Origin: Gammaproteobacteria bacterium
GTDB taxonomy: Bacteria > Pseudomonadota > Gammaproteobacteria > JAJFKG01
NCBI GenBank assembly: GCA_965116795.1
Contig: OZ220716.1
Location: 1,130,503-1,194,502 of the forward strand
Direction: 5' to 3'
DNA: 64,000 nucleotides
Part shown: positions 57,145 to 64,000 of the stretch, in pieces
Layout of the letters: each line of letters begins with the position of its first letter
Position numbering within the stretch: the first letter of the stretch is position 1
The notes under the pieces: generated by a model
What the model saw: only the letters and a program-made list of their open reading frames with translations
The model's database searches: none
What the model was told of the DNA's origin: nothing
Position numbers and translations under genes: made by a program

Positions 57145-58078
57145 ATGGATATCTTTTCCACCTTTGTTTTAAATCGCACGATTGAATGTTTAGCGCGTTC
57201 ATCATCATTTTTGTTAGATACTTTCTTTACTTCTGTGCAAATGGAAGAAAGTGCGGAAATTCATTTTGATATTAATGAATCTAAGCCACGGCTAGCGCCC
57301 TTCGTCTCTCCACTGGTAGCCGGTAAAGTCGTTGATGCACAAGGCTACAGCACCCAAAGTTTTAGACCCGCGTATGTGAAAGATAAACGCCGCTTTGATG
57401 CCAATACACCGCTTAAACGTGTGATTGGAGAGACCATCGGTGGCAGTCTTCCGGCTAACCGACGGTTAGAAGCCGCTATTAGCAAAGCATTGCGTGACCA
57501 ATTAGAAAACTTAACCCGTCGTGAAGAAGTGATGGCAGCCGAAGTGTTAACCAAAGGCACCGTCACCGTATCTGGCGACAATTACCCAACGCAAGTGGTT
57601 GACTTCAAACGTGACCCGAAGCTCACCATTAAACTCTCAGGCAATAATGATAAGTGGAGCAATCCAGAATCGCCTGCACTTGACCAGTTAGAAGATTGGG
57701 CCAGCTTGATTCAAGAAAAATCCGGAGCCGTGGCGCGACGTGTTATCCTTGACCCTAAAGCCTGGCGGTTATTACGCAAGAACAAACAAATCATTGCGCA
57801 GCTTGATATTCGTCGTGGCACCAATGTGACATTGGATACAGACCCAATGGGTCGTGGCCAAGGCAATGAAAAGGCACGGTATGTTGGCTCTATTGGTGAC
57901 TTTGATTTCCATGTTTACAATGACGTCTATGTGGATGATGAGAATTCCGTACAACATTTGTTACCTGACTATACGGTATTACTGGTCAGCCAACAAAACT
58001 TAGAAGGCACACGGTGTTATGGCATGATACGAGATGAAAAGGCAGACTTTCGGGCAATGCGTTATTTCAGCAAAAGTT
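57145..58078 (+). pseudogene. Major capsid protein (gpE-like), C-terminally truncated by IS66
   Basis: RLAPFVSPLV.G, F.PAYVKDK, TRREEVMAA; breaks at YFSKS where the IS66 TIR begins. Confidence 0.9.
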
Positions 58079-58277
58079 GTATGCTTCCAGTAACGTTGCG
58101 TGACGATGTTGCATTTACCAATTATTCTGTGTAGGGCAATTTGTTTTTAACATTTTGCTGTTGCAATTTTTCTTCTATGTAATTTATCTGCCCTTGCAAT
58201 TTGCATTTAATGGGATCAGACTTGCCTCTAGGTTAAGTTATTGGTGACTGACCGATGTAAGCAACAGGGATTATGTT

Positions 58278-59911
58278 ATGAAGAAACCAGAAACGATCGA
58301 TTTAAGTCATGCGGAGGCAGAGTCGTTACTGTCACGACTTGAAACTGGCGAACTATCAGAGAGTGATCGGAAAGTATGTAGCAGTGCATTGCGCATGGTA
58401 TTTTGGCTGCAAGGCCAATTAATCGAAGCAAAGCTGAGTATCCGACGATTGAAGAGGTTATTCGGAATACGTAGCGAAAAAAAGGGTTAACGGGTACATC
58501 GACGTCATCCAGCGCTTGTGACAAAGAGCCAAAGCAAACTGACACTGTTAAGGAAACAGATGTCCCCAAGGAGAAAAACAAAGGGCATGGGCGTCATGGA
58601 GCGGATGATTATGTTGCTGCAGAGGTTATCAAAGTGACAGATGAACGTTACTACTCAGGGGCACCCTGCCTGCATATTGATTGCCAAGGTCGTTTGTATT
58701 TATGGAATAAACCATCAAAGGTGATCCGTTTGTTAGGTCAACCGATGGCGCGCGTTGTGCGTTATGACCGAGAAGTCTATCGTTGCGGATTGTGTTTAAC
58801 CTTATTTACCGTGCCATTACCCAAAGAGTGTGGCAAAGCGGTCTATAGCGATAGTTTCAAAGCGGTATTAGCGGTGAACCATTATGTATTTGGTTTGCCC
58901 TTTTATCGCATAGCGAAGTACCACGAAGCGCAAGGTATTCCTCTGCCAACATCGAATCAATTTGCGTGTATGGAAGAGATATTTAATCAGGTACTACCGG
59001 TTTATCAAGCCTTACAACGCGTTGCGGCTAATGGTGAGTTGATTCAATTTGATGACACAACAGCGAAGGTACAAAGTTTATTATTAGAGAACCAGCAACT
59101 AGATGAGAAAGCGCGCCGTGGCATATTTACCACAGCGGCGATATCAAACGTCGGCGACAATAAAGTGGTCCTGGTTTTCACAGGACGCTCGCATGCTGGA
59201 GAGAATATCACAGCACTGCTTGAGAAACGTGATGCTCAATTAACAGATGTTATTTTAATGTCAGATGCACTGAGTCGAAACCGCATTAAAGAAGAAGCCA
59301 TCGCTGAGCAGACTCACGTCAGCTATTGCTTGGCCCATGCCAGACGCTATTTTTTCGAGTGTAAAGACGTTTATCCCAAGGTGTGTCAACCGGTGTTAGA
59401 GTGGATTGGCCAGGTGTATCAACACGAGCGTCATTGTAAAGCTAATGGCTATACACCAGAGCAACGTCTGCATTATCATCGCCGTCACTCCAAGCCAGTG
59501 ATGAAACGGTTGCGCCGATTTTTGGATAAGTGCATTAGAAAACGCTGGGCAGAACCTAACAGTAGTGGTGGTAAAGCCATCAACTATATGCGCAAACATT
59601 TTCAACCGCTAACGTTATTTTTATCGGTACCCGGGGCCATTATAGACAATAACGACACGGAACGTTTAATTAAGATTGCGCCGGTAATGTACCGTAAGAA
59701 TTCGCAACAATATCGTACAACGTATGGTGCCATGATTGGCGATGCATTAATGAGCCTATTATTCACGGCACAATATGCCGGTGTTGACCCGGTGGATTAT
59801 TTGCAAAGCATGTTGTTATATAAAGACGAATTAGGGGATTGTGCTACGGATTGGTTGCCTTGGTGTTATAAGGAGACCCTCAATACCGAGACATTAGCCA
59901 AAGCGGCTTAG
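58278..59911 (+). CDS. tnpC: IS66 transposase TnpC, probably via -1 frameshift (about 544 aa)
   Basis: RRLKRLFG.RSEK then A_AAA_AAG (58478-58484) into KGHGR...; DDT, CLAHARRYF, IDNNDTER, DWLPW. Confidence 0.85.
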
Positions 59912-60270
59912 GCGGCTTTGGCAGGCAGGGGTTTCCAATGTTGTTGACAATTAGCTGTAATGGGGTTGCCGTTGTACAGCAAGATGTTTAGCGTGCTTGC
60001 TGTTAGTTGGATCGTGTCATTGTTATCTTGCGGCCACCATTGAAGTCGTCCGCTAGAAAGTCGTTTATGACACAGCCAGAAACCTTGGCCATCGTAAGTG
60101 AGCAGTTTGATAGCATTACGACGACGATTAGTAAAAACAAATACCGTGCCATTAAAGGGGTTACTACCCATTTTAGCTTGGCAAAGTCTGCATAAACCTT
60201 CGATACCGGCTCTGAAGTCAACTGGGTCTTTGGCTAATAAAATACGTTGTTGAGGCGTTATTTGTAACAT
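59908..60270 (-). CDS. tnpB: IS66 accessory protein TnpB
   Basis: PVDFRAGIEGL, VFVFTNRRR..IKLL.YDGQGFWLCHKRL..GR..W. Confidence 0.92.
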   Translation of the reverse strand: MLQITPQQRILLAKDPVDFRAGIEGLCRLCQAKMGSNPFNGTVFVFTNRRRNAIKLLTYDGQGFWLCHKRLSSGRLQWWPQDNNDTIQLTASTLNILLYNGNPITANCQQHWKPLPAKAA

Positions 60271-60280
60271 CGGTTTATCC

Positions 60281-60721
60281 TCAGCACAGTGTTTTTAATA
60301 GTTGGGCTGCTGATGTGACATCACATACGCGAATATCAACACGTAGGCCGTGTGGGTAGTGGAGTTTCAATTCACAAGCCGTAGTTTGCATTGGGGTGCT
60401 TGCCACTGCTGCCGTGTTATCAATGGGTTCGACAGTGACAAAGTGTGACGTTGTTTTGCTTGACACAGATTCTTGCTCACGCCAGCGTTTTAGTTGCGAA
60501 TGGTTCACTCTCAACAACTTGAGTTTTGAGAAGGGCATGCCATTATCAATGGCTCTAATAGCCGCTTGGCACAATGCAGGTGGAACAGGATCATTTCTGG
60601 ATTTGTTAGCACGCCATTGTTCAAATTGCTGCTGTAATTGACGGAATAATACCGCATTTGTAGTCTGTTGCTCAGCATGAAGAGTTGAGCTGACCTTTTT
60701 GGATTTTCTTGACTGCATCAA
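60281..60721 (-). CDS. tnpA: IS66 accessory protein TnpA-like
   Basis: FEQWR...PVPPALCQAA HTH-like, FVTVE, ELKLHYPHGLRV; directly upstream of tnpB. Confidence 0.75.
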   Translation of the reverse strand: MMQSRKSKKVSSTLHAEQQTTNAVLFRQLQQQFEQWRANKSRNDPVPPALCQAAIRAIDNGMPFSKLKLLRVNHSQLKRWREQESVSSKTTSHFVTVEPIDNTAAVASTPMQTTACELKLHYPHGLRVDIRVCDVTSAAQLLKTLC

Positions 60722-61127
60722 AGTGTTCTCCTGATATTGTTAACAACATCAGGCTAACTGATCAAAAAACTCTATGCACGCACTGTTGCTGGAAGCATAC
60801 GGACAAATTCAGTATTGGGGAATTTTTACCGGCGAAGATGATAAAGCCTTTTACCTTCAAGGTTGGGTAAGAAACAACAACGACGATTAGCTCTCCAGGC
60901 GATTGGTCACATGCGCGCAACGTTGGCGTGTGTGGCCTTTTTTTTGGTGTGCCCCATACTAATCCCTTATCTATTTTTATTCCCCACAAACGCCACGATT
61001 TTGGCTGTGTTGAATAACCACGGCTTCAGTTAAAACTGCTGCAATTAATAGCATTTTTTTCACTGGCTATACCACACAACTAGAGCCTTACTTATCACAC
61101 CTTGAAAATTAAAGAAGGATTATCACA

Positions 61128-61427
61128 ATGTCAACCGAGATTGAAAATCGCACGCCAGTTATTTTTTACGTGCACAACACCCGTTGTAATGATGACGAGT
61201 TGAGGCTCTTGCTGACGAACTTTGAAATGACACTGCAATACGTGGTTAATTTTAAAAACACAGTGTTCCGATTTGACTTCATGCATTCGATGCCACCACA
61301 CAGCTTGTTATATCCGTTTCATTTAACCATGAAACGCTATCGCTTTGATAGTTGTTGGCAATGGTGCGGCACGTTTAAACATTACAGTGGCTTGAAGCAA
61401 TTGCAGGTTATGGGGATTTTATTATGA
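61128..61427 (+). CDS. Hypothetical protein
   Basis: 99 aa ORF with AAGGA RBS; ATGA overlap with lysozyme. Confidence 0.45.
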   Translation: MSTEIENRTPVIFYVHNTRCNDDELRLLLTNFEMTLQYVVNFKNTVFRFDFMHSMPPHSLLYPFHLTMKRYRFDSCWQWCGTFKHYSGLKQLQVMGILL

Positions 61428-61870
61428 TACGGCATATTAGTGAAAACGGATTGTCATTGATAAAACAGTTTGAAGGATTTAGTTCAACTGTGTATCGTTG
61501 CGCAGCAGGTTATCCAACGATTGGATATGGTCATGTGCTCAAAGCAGATGACCATTTTGATGATGGTATTGATGAGCAACAAGCAGAAATATTATTGCGA
61601 CATGACGTACAGATTGCAGAACGTGCTGTGTTACGTTTGATTAATGTGCCGCTGACGGACGGACAATTTAGTGCGCTTGTGTCGTTCGTGTTTAATCTTG
61701 GGGGTGGAGCTTTGCAGCGTTCAACACTACGACGCAAGGTGAATCGGCAAGAGCATATTGAGGTGCCAGCGGAGTTTGTGAGGTGGGTTTATGCCGGTGG
61801 GCGTAAATTACCAGGCTTGGTCAAGCGCAGACGGTGTGAGGCGAGGTTGTACTGTGGTGTATTTTCATAA
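61424..61870 (+). CDS. Phage lysozyme (GH24), close paralog of 22505..22984
   Basis: IKQFEG...GYPTIGYGH; long runs identical to the first lysozyme. Confidence 0.95.
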   Translation: MIRHISENGLSLIKQFEGFSSTVYRCAAGYPTIGYGHVLKADDHFDDGIDEQQAEILLRHDVQIAERAVLRLINVPLTDGQFSALVSFVFNLGGGALQRSTLRRKVNRQEHIEVPAEFVRWVYAGGRKLPGLVKRRRCEARLYCGVFS

Positions 61871-62544
61871 TGAACGTTATCATATCTGTGGTTGATGGCA
61901 AATCGACATTCTATTTCAGGCTCATCTTGTAGTGGAAAAGACTTGTTATTGCATGTACCTAAAGTAGCCTCTATAATTTCGAGCAACTTATCTCATTATC
62001 TCATTTGCCAAGCAAGTAGCTGAAGAATATGTTATAGTTGGCCATGATTAAATAATCATGCAAGTACACACTAATCACATAACAAGCTAACAACACAATC
62101 ATAATAAACAACAATAAAACAAACGTACTGCTGCCCTAAGGAAAGTTAAGATGGTCAAACAAGGAGTTGTTTGTGTTGATGATATATTGGTTACGCACTG
62201 CAAGCAGGATTTTTCCTGACTTTCTTCAATGGGGCAACGCAAGGCGTGTGATTAATCTTTGCCGCTATTCGTCGTTACGTATTCTTCAATTGTTTCATCG
62301 TCTGATTTTATTAATACCGCTTGTCTGTGTCAGTGCTGCGATGGTTTTTCTGGATGATTTATGTCATGTCATTTCTCCAATAGCAAGGCTTTTAGGCTGC
62401 TCGAGGGGCTGGCAATGTGGTTAAAAAGTAAACGCTGGATTTGTGAGGGGCGTTTCCCACCGCCCGCCCCGTCGTTAACGGCGCGAGGGTGAAGTAGGGG
62501 TTGGGTTTTTTATTTTTAGGTATAGATGTAGGGAGTATAGAGAG

Positions 62545-64000
62545 ATGTTTGGTAGTAAGAAAAGTAAAGAGAAGAAGAAAGCTAAGAAAGAAGAAAAAGG
62601 GGAATTAGCACAAGGGTATGCTGTAGAAGGAGATAAGTATTATTTTGGGCAAGGGGTTAAGCAAGATTATGCGAAGGCAGTAAGACCGTATACCTTGGCT
62701 GCCGAGCAGGGGCATGCGCATGCGCAGTGTAACTTAGGAGCGATGTATGGCAATGGCCAGGGTGTAGCCAAAGATGAGGTGAAGGCGGTTGAGTGGTATC
62801 GCAAGAGTGCTGAGCAGGGGAATGCGCTGGCGCAGTCTAACTTAGGGTGGATGTATGACAATGGCCGTGGTGTAGTCAAAGATGATGTTAAGGCGGTCAA
62901 GTGGACTCGCAAGAGTGCTGAGCAGGGGCATGCGCAGGCGCAGTATAACTTAGGGGTGAGGTATGCCAATGGCCGGGGTGTGGCCAAAGATGAAGTGAAG
63001 GCGGTTGAGTGGTATCGCAAGAGTGCTGAGCAGGGGTATGCGGCTGCGCAGTCTAACTTAGGGTGGATGTATGAGTACGGCCGGGGTGTTGCCAAAGATT
63101 ATGTTAAGGCGGTTGAGTGGTATCGCAAGGGTGCTGAGCAGGGGAATGCGGCTGCGCAGTTTAACTTAGGGGTGATGTATAACAATAGCTGGGGTGTGGT
63201 CAAAGATAATGTTAAGGCGGTTGAGTGGTATCACAAGAGTGCGGAGCAGGGGTATGCGAGGGCGCAGAATAACTTGGGGTGGATGTATGAGAATGGCCGG
63301 GGTGTTGCCAAAGATGATGTTAAGGCGGTCAAGTGGTATCGCAAGGCGGCCGAGCAGGGGCATGTGGGTGCGGCAGCGCAGGTGACGCAGATGGAAAGAT
63401 TAATAGCGAAAGCGCAAGCGGTTAAAGTGGAAGAGGTGTATACACCGTCACTCTCTCTCTTAGACTTTGCAGAATTGGGGATGATGGATGAGTTTATCGA
63501 TGCAAGTATGCACAGGAGTGAAAAAGAAAGAGAGGTAAAGAAAGAAGAAAGAAAAGAGAGAGTAGAAAAAGAAAAAAAGAATTTCTACATGAAAACTCAA
63601 AATTTTGGGATTCAACTGGCCCAGTCTGAACTCCTACTTCCGTTTGCTCACTCACTTCGCTCCTGCCATTGGTACGCTCGCTGGGCTTTAAAAAACTACA
63701 AAGAAAATCGTGAAAATGGGTCTTTAAAAGATTCTCCACAACAAGCGTTTCCAAGTTCGGATTTAGATGGCTACGAAAGTTTTTCTAAAGACTTCGATTG
63801 GGAAAAAGATGAGAAACGCGGCTATCCTACACAAGATAGCAAAGGTAAAAAAGAAAGATACTGGTTCCTCGTCAAGCATAAGCAATCGGGTCAACGCATC
63901 GAAGGGTTTTATCAAGAGCCAGATTATGACAAGGGTTTTCCTGATAGAGATAATAAGTACTGGTACCGTGTTGTGTTTACCGATACCGAGAACCCAGCCA
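62545..64000 (+). CDS. Lys-rich N-terminus + Sel1-like repeats + the kinases' novel N-terminal domain; partial, runs off the window (absent from the ORF track)
   Basis: Open from ATG 62545 (MFGSKKSKEKKKAKK); 108-bp repeats at 62722, 62830, 62938, 63046, 63154, 63262; in frame with MKTQN at 63589 through FTDTENPA. Confidence 0.88.
   Translation, partial: MFGSKKSKEKKKAKKEEKGELAQGYAVEGDKYYFGQGVKQDYAKAVRPYTLAAEQGHAHAQCNLGAMYGNGQGVAKDEVKAVEWYRKSAEQGNALAQSNLGWMYDNGRGVVKDDVKAVKWTRKSAEQGHAQAQYNLGVRYANGRGVAKDEVKAVEWYRKSAEQGYAAAQSNLGWMYEYGRGVAKDYVKAVEWYRKGAEQGNAAAQFNLGVMYNNSWGVVKDNVKAVEWYHKSAEQGYARAQNNLGWMYENGRGVAKDDVKAVKWYRKAAEQGHVGAAAQVTQMERLIAKAQAVKVEEVYTPSLSLLDFAELGMMDEFIDASMHRSEKEREVKKEERKERVEKEKKNFYMKTQNFGIQLAQSELLLPFAHSLRSCHWYARWALKNYKENRENGSLKDSPQQAFPSSDLDGYESFSKDFDWEKDEKRGYPTQDSKGKKERYWFLVKHKQSGQRIEGFYQEPDYDKGFPDRDNKYWYRVVFTDTENPA

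Larger units (their letters stand above)
58079..60800. mobile_element. IS66-family element with convergent tnpC versus tnpA-tnpB
   Basis: TIRs GTATGCTTCCAGTAAC (58079) / GTTGCTGGAAGCATAC (60785-60800); flanking 8-mers differ. Confidence 0.9.
35998..64000. mobile_element. Prophage B (replication block, cos, head genes, deletion, lysozyme, cargo); boundaries approximate, may include 33122..35773
   Basis: Primase, recombinase, terminase, portal, capsid and lysozyme genes. Confidence 0.8.

Noticed and set aside
59908-60270. TnpB as an RNA-guided nuclease
   Set aside because: It is the 120-aa IS66 accessory TnpB, unrelated to IS605 TnpB; the IS200 element here has no tnpB
60762-61063. Minus-strand ORF next to IS66
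   Set aside because: Looks like a frameshifted, IS-truncated remnant with no recognisable family
62667-63385. Track ORFs 62667..63095 (-), 63166..63363 (-), 63194..63385 (+)
   Set aside because: Shadows of the Sel1 repeat frame that starts at 62545

Overview
The window holds two related, decaying lambda-like (gpA terminase, cos-type) prophages in tandem. The eukaryote-like cargo suggests the host is a host-associated or intracellular proteobacterium (inference). Prophage A (1 to about 32.7 kb) shows tail, tape measure, fibre, holin and lysozyme genes, interrupted by a group II intron and two IS110-family elements whose bridge-RNA guides can be read from the sequence. A eukaryote-like cargo block follows the lysozyme: two SH3/TKL-type kinases, an MLKL-like four-helix-bundle + intact kinase + Sel1 protein, and a HigBA-type toxin-antitoxin pair. 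Prophage B (about 33-64 kb) has an Smr-Sel1-CaaX gene, a replication/recombination block, a lambda-like cos site and head genes knocked out by IS5, IS200 and an atypical convergent IS66. After an apparent IS66-linked deletion come a second lysozyme and a Sel1-repeat gene fused to the same novel N-terminal domain as the kinases; this gene runs off the window. The best candidate for a new system is the lysis-linked SH3-kinase / SH3-kinase / MLKL-like module. All family calls are by-eye motif recognition; no searches were run.
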